Source of the DNA: Pseudomonadota bacterium
GTDB lineage: Bacteria > Bdellovibrionota_B > Oligoflexia > Silvanigrellales > Silvanigrellaceae
DNA length: 62,925 nucleotides
Reading direction: 5' to 3'
Assembly (NCBI GenBank): GCA_043747645.1
Contig: JAYTOT010000093.1
Span: forward strand, 1 to 62,925
Position 1 is the stretch's first letter, and every line of letters begins with the position of its first letter. The notes beneath the pieces are model-generated. The model was not told the origin of the DNA, searched no databases, and was given only the letters and a program-made list of their open reading frames with translations. Positions 26,391 to 36,535 of the stretch are shown piece after piece. Position numbers and translations under genes: made by a program.

Positions 26391-29170
26391 GGTTCGAGTC
26401 CTAAGTTTCGCACGCGGTTCAGAATTTCGGGCAATTGCATTTGATCTTCTTTATAGTCTGTGGCCAGTATGGAATACATTAAATTGACAAAACTACGCGT
26501 GCGGTAGTCGTTGTCTGTGGCGAAACAATCGCCTCCTTCGGTTAAAAATCGAGCGCTTGTCACAAGCCCCATGGGAGAATGTGCCCCAGCTTTTTTACGC
26601 AATGTCAGCAATTGTGTGCGATCCGTAGGGCAACCATCGAAGCTTTGTAGCAGGTAAAAACTCCGATAAAGGAGTCCTTTTTTGCGAGGGACTTCCCAAA
26701 TTAAACCCACTGATGAATCTTCGACTGCTCGTAACCGCTGCGGAATTTCGGTGGAGTTTTGCCCCTCTAGAATAAAAATTCCTCCGCTGCTTAAATGCTC
26801 CGAAAGCCGAGTGGAATCGAGCGCTGCGGCATCGTTTGTCCACCAAATATCGGCCATGCCAGGCTGGCAAGCACCAGCTATGAGCTGTTGAGGCATTTCG
26901 ATGGTTCCACGGTTAGCTAGAGTATCGCGTAATTCGGAATATCGTCGTGCAATTGAGGTGCTTATATTAGCATCGCACCAAGCAACTCGGAATGGAATTG
27001 TAGTATTTTCGGGAGGTACGTTGGGTTGAGAAAATGATCCTTGCCGAAAATTTTGACGCATCGGCCGTGGCGCACGTGAATTATTTTTCAATTGAGCTTG
27101 AGATAAAGCATGTAATTGAGCTTGGGATAAAGTATGTAATTGAGCTTGAGATTGAGTGGGAACAATAAAGCAAAATAATATTATTAACAATCCGATTTTA
27201 TTTTTCGAAAAATCGCGCCCCCAAAGCAGACAAAGTGCGGCCGCCGCAAGTGTGCTGCCAATCCACGAAAGTTGTGCTGCACTGGGTGAGTGAGTGGCGC
27301 GATTTAAATTTTTATCGAGAGATGTGTTTTCGGAATCGTGCCAAAGTGCCGTAAATTCTTCGGCGCTCATTGTGTTTCTGCTGCGTTCTGAAGCAGGAAT
27401 TGCCACAAGTGTGAGGGCATTGGAATTTGCAACGTCGTTTGGTTTAACCCGGTAAAGACCCAAATGAGGGAAAACATTTTCGCCAGAGTTTTCGAATTTA
27501 GATGTGTTCAAATTTAAAATTTCTAGCCCATTCGTTTTTTGAAAAGACAGATTTTTTTCTAAATAAGTTTGAGCCTCAGAAGGAGATTCGAAAGAAATGC
27601 TTTCAACTAGAGATTTGCCAGAATTCAGTTTAGAAGAATCGTTGCCGATTGACAACCAAAAATGTGTCCAACGCGAGGAACGTCCAAGTTCTCCATTGGG
27701 CATTGCAACAGAAGTACGCAAATAATAATAGGGGAGTTTACCCAGTTGATAAGCCAGTGGAGTTTTGTCGACAGCCGAAAATAGAGGCTGAAAAAGCCCT
27801 CTGTTTTGCACATCCCCTGCAAGAGTAGTTTCGTAAAATGGTTTGTTCCCTGGTGGTGGGAGTAACCAAAGTGGTGCAGGAAGTCCGTCTTCGTCGAGCT
27901 GTATGGGGCGTTGTTCAATTCGTTTTTCGTCTGGCTCTGAACTGCCATAGTCGTGGCCTGCAACGTAAACTATGGAGTCTAGTCCTTCCATAAATCCTTT
28001 AGGAAACCATAGAGAATTTCTTTCTAATAGATTGCCTAAAATTTCGTCGTTAGTTTGAATGACCCATACAGTACGTGGTCGGTATTTCCAGGGGTCAGTC
28101 TGCTGCATTTTAAGGTTTTCTTTGTCGAGATCTCCTTTTGAAATGGCAGTTTCGCCCGAGCGTTCAGTACAGTGGGTGAGGCGCAAAGGCACGCCAAAAA
28201 ATTGCGCAAATGCGCGCAAATCTGCAAAACCGTCAAGCTCAAGGGGCCCAGAAAGCTGTGCGGCGCATCCCGTTAGCAAGGGGAAATTATAGTTGCCTGC
28301 AGTGCGCGCAGGGCTGAGCAAACTCCATTTAGTTTCGTTTTTAAAAATAAAATTCTCGGACATAATTCCGGGGCGAGCATGAAGTGGGATATTAATTTCA
28401 TCGGCATCAAAGTTTATAAAATCGGTATCAGCATTTTTATTATAGTCTGCATTCCAAAGTTGAGGTAAGTCGGCAGGAATAATTTCAGCACGTGTGCCTA
28501 AGAGCGAAGAAGCCAAGCCCGCTCCAAATAATTTGGCATCGGAAAAAAGAGATTTGAGTGGAACAAATTGTTGCAATGTCTCTCTTTGAGAATCGGAAAT
28601 CACAATGAGTGTTCCCTTTGCTCCCGATAATTGAGGTTCTGAATCTAGGGCTTTGGTCACTTGAGGCAAATTGATGGGGCGAGAAAAAGGAGAAGGTTTT
28701 AGTGAAATTTCTTGGCCGATAAATTCTTCAATGGCAGCTGTGTTTGATAGTTTAATAAGCTGAATATCGGTGTTGCTTGACGCATTATTGTTTGGAAGTC
28801 CGAAAAAAGAAATGCCTAAATTTGAGAGCTCAACTGCCATATCGTGTGCTGAAAAATCGTGTTCGGCACGAGCAATGTGCGCCGAAAATGTGGAATCGAC
28901 CCAAAGAAGACCCGAACGACTCTGACCCGTTTTAGGATTTTCGAGCAATTGGGGCCAATAGGTAAGGGCTGCACCTATTGTAGCTAATAAAATAAGAAGC
29001 CAAGGGAGCCAAGGTGGTGGCGTGAGTTTTCTTTTTTGAGGAGCTAAAACTTTTGGAGCACCTAAATAAGAAGACGGGATTTCACTTTTGTCTGGCGCAA
29101 TTTTATTAATGAGGCGAATTGCCAAAGTTAAAATTGATATTAAAGATGAAAGTATGACCAGTGCAAGCAT
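26387..29170 (-). CDS. BatA-like membrane protein: N-terminal double-TM anchor (TIGR02226-like), central TM, C-terminal DUF4159 domain
   Basis: N-terminus MLALVILSSLISILTLAIRL...PPPWLPWLLILLATIGAALTYWP gives two TM segments. Possible MIDAS-like LLWVDSTFS. Mid-protein TM IGLLIILFCFIV. The C-terminus carries DUF4159 hallmarks GGIFILEG...LYRSFYLLQSF...NLMYSILATDYKEDQMQLP. In-frame 24-bp tandem repeat at 27091-27160. Confidence 0.55.
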   Translation of the reverse strand: MLALVILSSLISILTLAIRLINKIAPDKSEIPSSYLGAPKVLAPQKRKLTPPPWLPWLLILLATIGAALTYWPQLLENPKTGQSRSGLLWVDSTFSAHIARAEHDFSAHDMAVELSNLGISFFGLPNNNASSNTDIQLIKLSNTAAIEEFIGQEISLKPSPFSRPINLPQVTKALDSEPQLSGAKGTLIVISDSQRETLQQFVPLKSLFSDAKLFGAGLASSLLGTRAEIIPADLPQLWNADYNKNADTDFINFDADEINIPLHARPGIMSENFIFKNETKWSLLSPARTAGNYNFPLLTGCAAQLSGPLELDGFADLRAFAQFFGVPLRLTHCTERSGETAISKGDLDKENLKMQQTDPWKYRPRTVWVIQTNDEILGNLLERNSLWFPKGFMEGLDSIVYVAGHDYGSSEPDEKRIEQRPIQLDEDGLPAPLWLLPPPGNKPFYETTLAGDVQNRGLFQPLFSAVDKTPLAYQLGKLPYYYLRTSVAMPNGELGRSSRWTHFWLSIGNDSSKLNSGKSLVESISFESPSEAQTYLEKNLSFQKTNGLEILNLNTSKFENSGENVFPHLGLYRVKPNDVANSNALTLVAIPASERSRNTMSAEEFTALWHDSENTSLDKNLNRATHSPSAAQLSWIGSTLAAAALCLLWGRDFSKNKIGLLIILFCFIVPTQSQAQLHTLSQAQLHALSQAQLKNNSRAPRPMRQNFRQGSFSQPNVPPENTTIPFRVAWCDANISTSIARRYSELRDTLANRGTIEMPQQLIAGACQPGMADIWWTNDAAALDSTRLSEHLSSGGIFILEGQNSTEIPQRLRAVEDSSVGLIWEVPRKKGLLYRSFYLLQSFDGCPTDRTQLLTLRKKAGAHSPMGLVTSARFLTEGGDCFATDNDYRTRSFVNLMYSILATDYKEDQMQLPEILNRVRNLGLEP
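27091..27160. repeat. 24-bp tandem repeat (2.9 copies) inside the BatA-like gene
   Basis: ATTGAGCTTGAGATAAAGCATGTA / ATTGAGCTTGGGATAAAGTATGTA / ATTGAGCTTGAGATTGAGTGGG. On the coding strand it encodes LSQAQLHT / LSQAQLHA / LSQAQL. Confidence 0.8.
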
Positions 29171-30033
29171 TAATTTTTCCTTGCGGCAAGAAGCTGAGTG
29201 AACTGTTCAACTAAAGTAACTAGATTGGAATTGGAGTCTATCAACAAAGCTGTGCCTCTGGCAGATTCGATTGTTTTGCTCAAATGAGAAAATTGTTCGC
29301 GTAAATTATTGATATAAAAGGGGCCACTGTAAAGAGAATTTAATGAGTTATTTGTTGAATTTTTGTAAGGTAACAATTCGACGCTTAATTTTTCGAGCGG
29401 GTTGGTTTGAGTGGTTTCGTAAACATCTCTGACCACCGCAACAACGGGGTGTTTTATGCCGCCATTAGTGAGAGCGGCTAATAACTTTTCACCTGAATTA
29501 AATATTCCGCTTTCGTCAAAAAGTAAATCGGTAATAATGTAAGTATATTGAGCGCGTCGCAGTTTAGGTGCATGCACTGCAATGGCGTGGGGCAAATTAT
29601 TCTCAGATATAAAAATGAGCTCGCAAGGTTGAGCTAAACTGTCGTGTGCGGCTTCAATAATGGCTGCAACACCAAGTGCCAATTGCGCTTTGTTAACAAG
29701 AGACTGAGGGCTAGAATAAAGTAACTTTTCGTAACCGTGAAAAATAATGGTGGCACGTTGGCGGCCTGGAGCAGAATCGACACGCGTTTCCCATTCTCCT
29801 TTTTTAATGAGGTGGGGCATAGAGAGTGCAGAAAACGGATCGCCCGCTTCGAAGGGCCGTGTGGCTATGCCTGTGCGCGTAGGAGCGCGCCGCCTAGCAC
29901 GGTCTGTAGACGAAAAAAGTCCGCCAAAAAGCGTGCGCAATTTTGCGCGTACCTGAAATGGCAAAGCTTGCGCGGGATGGGGGCAGTTCCAGTTGTTTGA
30001 TGGAAACGCTGTACAGATCTCGCTGAGTTTCAT
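29170..30033 (-). CDS. DUF58-family protein (vWA-like, usually the MoxR partner)
   Basis: RAKLRTLFGGLFSSTDRARRRAPTRTGIATRPFEAGDPFSALSMPHLIKKGEW matches the DUF58 core (R-x-G-x-G-x-EF...RPY-x-xGD...I-W-K). The stop overlaps the start of the 927-aa gene. Confidence 0.7.
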   Translation of the reverse strand: MKLSEICTAFPSNNWNCPHPAQALPFQVRAKLRTLFGGLFSSTDRARRRAPTRTGIATRPFEAGDPFSALSMPHLIKKGEWETRVDSAPGRQRATIIFHGYEKLLYSSPQSLVNKAQLALGVAAIIEAAHDSLAQPCELIFISENNLPHAIAVHAPKLRRAQYTYIITDLLFDESGIFNSGEKLLAALTNGGIKHPVVAVVRDVYETTQTNPLEKLSVELLPYKNSTNNSLNSLYSGPFYINNLREQFSHLSKTIESARGTALLIDSNSNLVTLVEQFTQLLAARKN

Positions 30034-30090
30034 ATGTTAGCCTCGTGCTGTAACCTTACATTGAATGCGATTGACCGAGGAAGGTCAACT

Positions 30091-31416
30091 ATGACCCCAG
30101 AATTGGCAAAAGTTTTAGACTGTGCTTCATCTCCTTTATTGGGCAATTCTGCAGATATCATTGCTGCACTTGAACAAGCGCGCCTGTGTGTCTCACGTTC
30201 TATGGTTCCAAGCCCCTTGCGCCGATCCGCATGGCTCTCTGATTTATTGCAGGCTGAAGTCTGGTTAAAATTAGAATGTCTGAATCCAATAGGTTCGTTT
30301 AAAGTGAGGGGAGCATTAAATGCTATTGCAGCGCGCAGTGCCCGTAGAGCTTCACTTCATTTAAATTCATCAGGCTTTAAAGTGTGTGCGGCATCGGCCG
30401 GAAACCACGCGCAAGGTGTGGCTTTTGCGGCCAAACAAATGGGTTGTGAGGCGCACATTTTTTTGCCAAAACGTTCGCCACTTGTAAAACGCGATGCCAC
30501 AGAACGCTTGGGGGCAAAAATTTATTTGGTGGGTGATGTTCTTGAAGAAGCTTTTGAAGCCGCATTAGAATTTGCAGAAGAACACGACGCCGAATTTTTA
30601 CATGCTTTTAACGATTTTGATGTCATTACCGGGCAGGGCACATGTGCTCTCGAAATTATCGACGAATACACTCGAGTTTCAAAAAAACCTTTGTCGGAAT
30701 TGACCGATTTTATTTGCGGCATTGGCGGTGGAGGGCTTGCTGCAGGTGCAGGGCTTGCCTTTGAGCATTTTAATCCAAACACATTAGTAACAGGCGTAGA
30801 ACAAGAGTTTTTTGATTCTGCGCTGCAAAGCGTGAAAAATAAATTAAGAACAGAGATTGATCCGCGAGGCAAAACTTCTATTGCCGACGGCATTAGTGTG
30901 CGTTCAATTGGCAACCTAACACTCGATATTTTAATGCGCACTGTGCCACGTATTGTAACCGTAACTGACGACGATATTGTAGGTGCGGTATTAGGATTGT
31001 GCGAACGTGAACACGTGGTTTCGGAAGGAGCCGGTGCCGTAGCCGTTGCGCATTTGTTGCGTAACAAGAGCTATTACAAAGGTCGTAATATTGTTGCTTG
31101 TGTGAGCGGTGGTAATATAGATCCACAACTTTTGTCTCGCGTTATTGCACGAGGCCTTGGCGTTACGGGTCGCATGTTGCGCATTACAGCGCGCATTGGC
31201 GACAGGCCTGGTCAACTTAAAAACCTATTAGAACTCATTGCAAATCTGGATGCAAATGTGCTTGAAGTGCATCACGACCGCACCTACGCGCAAGTAAATG
31301 TAGGTGACGTTGAAGTAGAATTGGCTCTTGAAACCAGAAGCATTGAACACCAATACGACCTTTTAGCAAAACTAGAAGAGCATGGTTTTAGGCCAAAAGC
31401 ACAAGGAAAAACGTAA
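30091..31416 (+). CDS. ilvA: threonine ammonia-lyase (threonine dehydratase) with a C-terminal ACT-like regulatory domain
   Basis: PLP lysine motif PIGSFKVRGALNAI, and a glycine-rich loop GIGGGGLAAG. GGAAGG RBS upstream of ATG 30091. The track ORF begins at 30034, but the first 19 codons are probably untranslated. Confidence 0.85.
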   Translation: MTPELAKVLDCASSPLLGNSADIIAALEQARLCVSRSMVPSPLRRSAWLSDLLQAEVWLKLECLNPIGSFKVRGALNAIAARSARRASLHLNSSGFKVCAASAGNHAQGVAFAAKQMGCEAHIFLPKRSPLVKRDATERLGAKIYLVGDVLEEAFEAALEFAEEHDAEFLHAFNDFDVITGQGTCALEIIDEYTRVSKKPLSELTDFICGIGGGGLAAGAGLAFEHFNPNTLVTGVEQEFFDSALQSVKNKLRTEIDPRGKTSIADGISVRSIGNLTLDILMRTVPRIVTVTDDDIVGAVLGLCEREHVVSEGAGAVAVAHLLRNKSYYKGRNIVACVSGGNIDPQLLSRVIARGLGVTGRMLRITARIGDRPGQLKNLLELIANLDANVLEVHHDRTYAQVNVGDVEVELALETRSIEHQYDLLAKLEEHGFRPKAQGKT

Positions 31417-31428
31417 AATGAATTCTTT

Positions 31429-32430
31429 ATGCACTCTTTTGAAATCACGGGAGTCTGTGTGAGTACCATTATTCATGACTGTTACGATACCATCATAGTT
31501 GGTGGCGGCCCTGTTGGTTTATTTGGTGCCTATTACGCCGGTTTGCGAGATATGCGCGTGCGCTTGATAGACAGGCGACACGAATTCGGCGGCCAACTTA
31601 CAGCTATTTATCCCGAAAAATGGGTTTACGATATTCCTGGTATACCTGCAATTCGTGGAAAAAATTTATTTGAGAATTTAAAAACTCAAATTGCACCATA
31701 TGATATTCCGCAATCTTTAAACGAAGAAGTTGTGCACATTCGTAAAAATAGAAATAATATATTACGACTCGAGTGTCGCAGCGGAAACATTCACCATGCA
31801 AAAACAGTGGTGATGTGTTTGGGCATGGGCGCACATATTCCTCGGCGTATGGATATTGCAAATTTACGAGAATTTGAAGGCAAGGGTGTCTACTACGGTG
31901 TGCACAATTTAGAAGATTTTAAAGGCCGGCGCGTGCTTGTAGTGGGCGGCGGCGACAGTGCTCTAGATATGGCTCTCACAATTGTTGATGAAGCAAAAGA
32001 TTTGCTTTTAATTCACCGCAGCGACCGCTTTATTGCTCACGAAGAAACGGTTAAAAAATTATATTCTTCCAATGCCGAAATTAGATTGTTCAACGAACTT
32101 GTGAGCATTGAAGGCAGCGACACTTTGAGTCACGTTACTTTACGGGATACTAAAACCCAAGCTGTTTCGCGCGTAGAAGTCGATGTTGTTATTATCGCTA
32201 TTGGGCTTATTTTTAATTTAGAACACGTGGCACAATGGGGCATTGAGCTCGAAAACAACGCAATTGTAGTTGATCACAATAGGCAAACATCAATTTCTGG
32301 AATTTACGCTGCGGGAGATATTGCTACCTACGCAGGTAAAATGAAACTTATTGGCACAGGCGCGGCGGAGGCCATGCAAGCCATTCACCATGCTAAACAC
32401 TACATACAGGAAAATTTTCCATACCTTTGA
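31429..32430 (+). CDS. thioredoxin-reductase-like ferredoxin-NADP+ reductase (YumC-type) / FAD-dependent oxidoreductase
   Basis: Two Rossmann GxGxxG motifs (IIVGGGPVGLFGAYYAG and VLVVGGGDSALDMA) and a C-terminal GDIATYAGKMKLIGTG. Confidence 0.75.
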   Translation: MHSFEITGVCVSTIIHDCYDTIIVGGGPVGLFGAYYAGLRDMRVRLIDRRHEFGGQLTAIYPEKWVYDIPGIPAIRGKNLFENLKTQIAPYDIPQSLNEEVVHIRKNRNNILRLECRSGNIHHAKTVVMCLGMGAHIPRRMDIANLREFEGKGVYYGVHNLEDFKGRRVLVVGGGDSALDMALTIVDEAKDLLLIHRSDRFIAHEETVKKLYSSNAEIRLFNELVSIEGSDTLSHVTLRDTKTQAVSRVEVDVVIIAIGLIFNLEHVAQWGIELENNAIVVDHNRQTSISGIYAAGDIATYAGKMKLIGTGAAEAMQAIHHAKHYIQENFPYL

Positions 32431-34523
32431 AACGAAATAAAAATAAAAAAAATAAAATAGAGTTCTGGAAAAAAAGTGGCAAAAGACACTTTAATGCAGG
32501 AAAAATAATTGCTAAAAATTCAAATTCTACATTTTTTCATCCTTTTGTTACGGCAGTTCCAGCGTTAATTTTAGTCAATATTGCTGTTTGGCTCTTTAAT
32601 GCGGGCCGCCTCGGGCTTTCGACTTTAGAGCAATTGAGTTATTGGCAGGCCGTTGTCACTGGGCTTCTTTCTTGCGTTTGGATTGGAACGGTTTGCGGTC
32701 TTGTGGTTTCGCTGCTTTCATTCGGTAAAACACAACTGTTATTTTTTGAAATTTTAATTGTCTCATTTTTGCTTTCTTTAAATATTCCCTATGTCGATTT
32801 TTACGGGTCGTTGGTGAGTGTTTCGCACTTAAAGTATATTTTTGATTTTGATTTTGTGAAATCGAGTTCTAGTTCTATGCTAGATATAAGAGTGTTTGCT
32901 GCCGTTTTGTTGGGTCCGCTGAGTTTTTTAATTTTGGTTTTTAAATTGCCGTTGCCAAAAAAACGATTTGTATCCGGTGTCCTTGCAATGTTGGTTTTTA
33001 TAACTGGCGCATTGAGTCAGGTGCTAAAAGTGCAGCTCAACACGCTTAAAATGGGTTGGCGCACACCTTTGAGTTTGAGAGTGACGCCCTTTGAATTTTT
33101 GTTTATGCAAATTGCTGAATCTGCTGTAAATGTTGATATGTCTGAGTCTGAAAAAAATGAATTGTTTGAATTAGCACAGGCAAAAACTAAGCAGGAATTT
33201 AAGATTCAAAATTATGCGAGTCAGTCAAAAGAAAAACAAATTAAATTTTTGCTTGAAAATGGAATGCGTGGTGCCGAAGATGCTATTGGCTTGCAATTAA
33301 AATCAATAGTTGCCCAGCGAATTAAAGATAAAAAGCCTGTTATTTTTTTTACGGCTTTGCTTGAAAGCTTGCGGCCAGAAGAAAGCCAATTCTTTTTTCC
33401 TTCTCTGGAACGCACATTTACGCCAAATTTAGACACACTTGCGAGGTCAGGGGTTGCCTTTACTAGGGCTTTTTCTGCGGGTGGAGTGACCCGCGCTGGG
33501 CAGGAAGCTGTGTTTTGCGGCTTATTGTCGGGCGAAAAAACTTCGGCCATGCGTGAATTGCCGCAATTGAATCCTTGGTGCCTGACGGAAATATTGAAAA
33601 AAAATTTAAATTCCAAAACAAGTGTGCAAGGCGCATGGTGGCATGCAGGCGATTTTAATTTCGATGGCCAGGGTTCGTTTTGGCTCAAACATGGCACAGA
33701 TCGAACCCTTTCTCGACAGAATTTTTTGCCTCAAACTCCAGGAACCTGGTGGGGGCTTTCGGATTTTGCCTTGGTTGACCGCATGAAAGAAGAACTTTTA
33801 AAAGCTCCAATGAGCGCCGACCTTCAGTCTCATTTGTTTTTATCGGTCTCGAATCACCCCGATTGGGGATTGCCTGCAGACGCGCCTGAGAATATAAAAA
33901 ATGATTTAAATTTAAAATCTGCGCATCCTTCAAGGCTTTCGGCTTTGTACACCGATGCGGCTTTGGGGCATTTGGTTGATGTGCTGAAAGAAATTAAAAT
34001 ACCTCATTCCACAGAATCATATTGGGATGCAGCAGTATTTATTGCCGTAAATGACCATGGAACAATGGTGCCTTCGGGTAAAAACGCCCAGGGTTATTCT
34101 TGGGGATTGGGCAGCGAGTCAGATATTCGTGCCGCTGTGGCCATGAGCCATGCAGGTTTGGTGTTGAACGGTGGTCTTGTGCAAAATGCTCTCAAGGGCA
34201 TTCAAAAAGCGTCGGTGGTAAATTCAAATTTTGTAAGCCAGGCAGATGTGTTTGCAACACTTGTTGATTTGGCTGGTTTAAACGCAAATACCACAGCCGA
34301 TTCTTTGTTTAGCTTGAAACGGCGCTGGCCTGTGACCGTTGATTTAGGCAGTCGTATTTTTTTACCTGGAGACAGGACTGATAATTCTTTTGTATTTAAT
34401 AGGTCTCAATTTTTATCGGATCAAAAACTATCAAAAGAAAATAGAAATGCTTTGAATGCACAGTTGTTTTTTAAAGGATATTCTATTTTAACGAGATCTG
34501 GAGCTGTGGGGCGAGAGTTCTGA
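32427..34523 (+). CDS. membrane-anchored sulfatase-family (LtaS/MdoB/phosphoethanolamine-transferase-like) enzyme
   Basis: Five N-terminal TM helices followed by an alkaline-phosphatase/sulfatase-like periplasmic domain (…PNLDTLARSGVAFTRAFSAGGVTRAG…). Confidence 0.65.
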   Translation: MKRNKNKKNKIEFWKKSGKRHFNAGKIIAKNSNSTFFHPFVTAVPALILVNIAVWLFNAGRLGLSTLEQLSYWQAVVTGLLSCVWIGTVCGLVVSLLSFGKTQLLFFEILIVSFLLSLNIPYVDFYGSLVSVSHLKYIFDFDFVKSSSSSMLDIRVFAAVLLGPLSFLILVFKLPLPKKRFVSGVLAMLVFITGALSQVLKVQLNTLKMGWRTPLSLRVTPFEFLFMQIAESAVNVDMSESEKNELFELAQAKTKQEFKIQNYASQSKEKQIKFLLENGMRGAEDAIGLQLKSIVAQRIKDKKPVIFFTALLESLRPEESQFFFPSLERTFTPNLDTLARSGVAFTRAFSAGGVTRAGQEAVFCGLLSGEKTSAMRELPQLNPWCLTEILKKNLNSKTSVQGAWWHAGDFNFDGQGSFWLKHGTDRTLSRQNFLPQTPGTWWGLSDFALVDRMKEELLKAPMSADLQSHLFLSVSNHPDWGLPADAPENIKNDLNLKSAHPSRLSALYTDAALGHLVDVLKEIKIPHSTESYWDAAVFIAVNDHGTMVPSGKNAQGYSWGLGSESDIRAAVAMSHAGLVLNGGLVQNALKGIQKASVVNSNFVSQADVFATLVDLAGLNANTTADSLFSLKRRWPVTVDLGSRIFLPGDRTDNSFVFNRSQFLSDQKLSKENRNALNAQLFFKGYSILTRSGAVGREF

Positions 34524-34552
34524 AAAATATTTGGGGAGAAAAATTAGAAGCT

Positions 34553-35413
34553 TTGTTTTGCCATAAATTAAATTCTTTTTTATTGTTGGCAATTGTTGCT
34601 TTCAGCATGATTTTTTCCATAGCGAAAAGCGAAGCCTTGCCCATTAACTCTTTTGTTTCTTTAGGTGTCGGTACCATTCAGTTGCCTTATCCTTCTAAAG
34701 AATTTGAAGAAAAAAGGACTTTTTACAATTACACTTATTGCAGTGCAGCATCTGGTTTAGGTGTGGTTTTTAAAGCATTTGATTTGAATTGGCTTTTGGG
34801 TGCAAGCATGAGAGTTTCGGACCGCACCGCATTTTTTGATTTAAATAGAACTTTTAGTCCTTCTCCTTTAGGGGAGGGGGGAAATATTATTCTCGGTGAT
34901 TTGGATGCCGCTTGGTTTTACTCATGGCAGTCATTTAAATTGATGGGCTCGATGCATTTATCGAAAGAGCGGATTCATTTTTTGCGGCAGACTTTGCAAA
35001 ATACGACGGTGAGATTGGGCGCAGAAGTGCAATACAAAAATGAAAACTGGCTGTTATTTGATGCACTCCCGTTATACCGTTTTAATGCGGGATATATGCT
35101 TCCAATTTCAGCTTATTCTTACCAAGACGGCGTTCCTAAGAATTTAAAAGCGCAGCAAATGGAAGCAGATTTCAGTCGCGGTTTTTCGAGTTCCGGTAAG
35201 CTGTGGGGGTGGGATGCCACCTTAGAATTTGGTGTTGAATTTTTATCGCCCCGCAAATTATTTGTTAATAAAGCGCTGATTGGTATTGGAATTCAAAAGA
35301 AATATTACACTCAAATTATTAAAGAAACAAATTTGCGCGAAGAATTTATTTCTGATTTTAAATCGGAAGACTTTAATTATAAAGTGACACTGGCTCGCGA
35401 CTTCGACCAGTAA
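34553..35413 (+). CDS. secreted hypothetical protein (possible outer-membrane beta-barrel)
   Basis: Signal peptide, then alternating hydrophobic/aromatic beta-strand-like pattern. No named domain. Confidence 0.3.
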   Translation: MFCHKLNSFLLLAIVAFSMIFSIAKSEALPINSFVSLGVGTIQLPYPSKEFEEKRTFYNYTYCSAASGLGVVFKAFDLNWLLGASMRVSDRTAFFDLNRTFSPSPLGEGGNIILGDLDAAWFYSWQSFKLMGSMHLSKERIHFLRQTLQNTTVRLGAEVQYKNENWLLFDALPLYRFNAGYMLPISAYSYQDGVPKNLKAQQMEADFSRGFSSSGKLWGWDATLEFGVEFLSPRKLFVNKALIGIGIQKKYYTQIIKETNLREEFISDFKSEDFNYKVTLARDFDQ

Positions 35414-35416
35414 TTC

Positions 35417-36367
35417 TTACGAACAAAGAAGTATAGGACGATGAACTCTCTCAATAAGCCGTTGACCTAAGTCGTGTGCAAAGAAGTTTTCAACAGCTCC
35501 ACGCGGCCTGTGTCCTAAAATAATAAGGTCTGGTTTGAGTTTTTCTGCAAAAGAAACAAGTTCTTCTGTGGGCTCACCTTTGAGCAAATGAGTTGTTATA
35601 TGTGTTGAAGTTTTTTGATGCATATGGTCGGCGTGTTTCGTTAACGAGAGTGACCTCTCTTTTTCGAGCGTGGCAAATGCACGCTCAAAGCCACGTTCTA
35701 CTTCCATTCTTAAAAGTGGATCTGCCTCGTAGGCGAGGTCGAGCACAGGCTCTAAAACGTGCACAAGTGAAATTGTGGCACCTGTAGCTGCAGCAATTGA
35801 GCAGGCAAGTGTCTCGCATTTATCGAGGTTGTCATTTAATGCTGTGGCAACTAAAATACGCGATTTACCGACATTTTCGAGAGTTGAATCTGCGGGGATT
35901 ACCAAAAGCGGCTTTGTGATTTTTTTGAGTGTGCGCAAAACAGTCGACCCAAGAATAAATTCTTGAAAGAACGAATGGTGCTTTTTTCCCATAATTAAGA
36001 GGTCACATGGTGAATCTGCATTTTCATATTCTTTAAGAATTTCCGCCTCCGTCTGCCCTTTGAGTTTTAAGGTTTGAATATTATCGCGCGATAAAATTTG
36101 TAACCGATCAAGCCTGTCTTGGAATTGCTTTTCGAGCACAGTTGCAAAATTTATTTCACTCATATGAATGACGTTACCTGGGAATATTCCCGACGCAAAT
36201 GCAGAATATTTAGACCACTTGCGGAGGTCGGAATCTACAGAGGCAAACGTAATTTGCGCACCGAGCCTTGAAGCAAATTGAAGTGCAAGTGCGTCCACGT
36301 GCAGTGTTTCTTCGCTTAAATCAGTGGCTAAAAACATATGGCGAAAGGGAGAAGTGGAAGGATTCAT
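35417..36367 (-). CDS. tandem universal stress protein (UspA-domain x2)
   Basis: Two USP domains, each with an ATP-binding-like tail (second: DLIILGHRPRGAVENFFAHDLGQRLIERVHRPILLC). Confidence 0.8.
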   Translation of the reverse strand: MNPSTSPFRHMFLATDLSEETLHVDALALQFASRLGAQITFASVDSDLRKWSKYSAFASGIFPGNVIHMSEINFATVLEKQFQDRLDRLQILSRDNIQTLKLKGQTEAEILKEYENADSPCDLLIMGKKHHSFFQEFILGSTVLRTLKKITKPLLVIPADSTLENVGKSRILVATALNDNLDKCETLACSIAAATGATISLVHVLEPVLDLAYEADPLLRMEVERGFERAFATLEKERSLSLTKHADHMHQKTSTHITTHLLKGEPTEELVSFAEKLKPDLIILGHRPRGAVENFFAHDLGQRLIERVHRPILLCS

Positions 36368-36535
36368 ATATCACCTCATTCTGATAACACTGCAATTAAG
36401 TGTCGGACAGATAAATTTTAGAGGTGAGGCACACGAAAAAAAAATTCTCTGACAATTAATCTGTCCGAGAATTTAGACTATCAAACATATTTATGACTTG
36501 AAATTGAGAAAGGGATTCAGCCAGAGAGGTATGAT

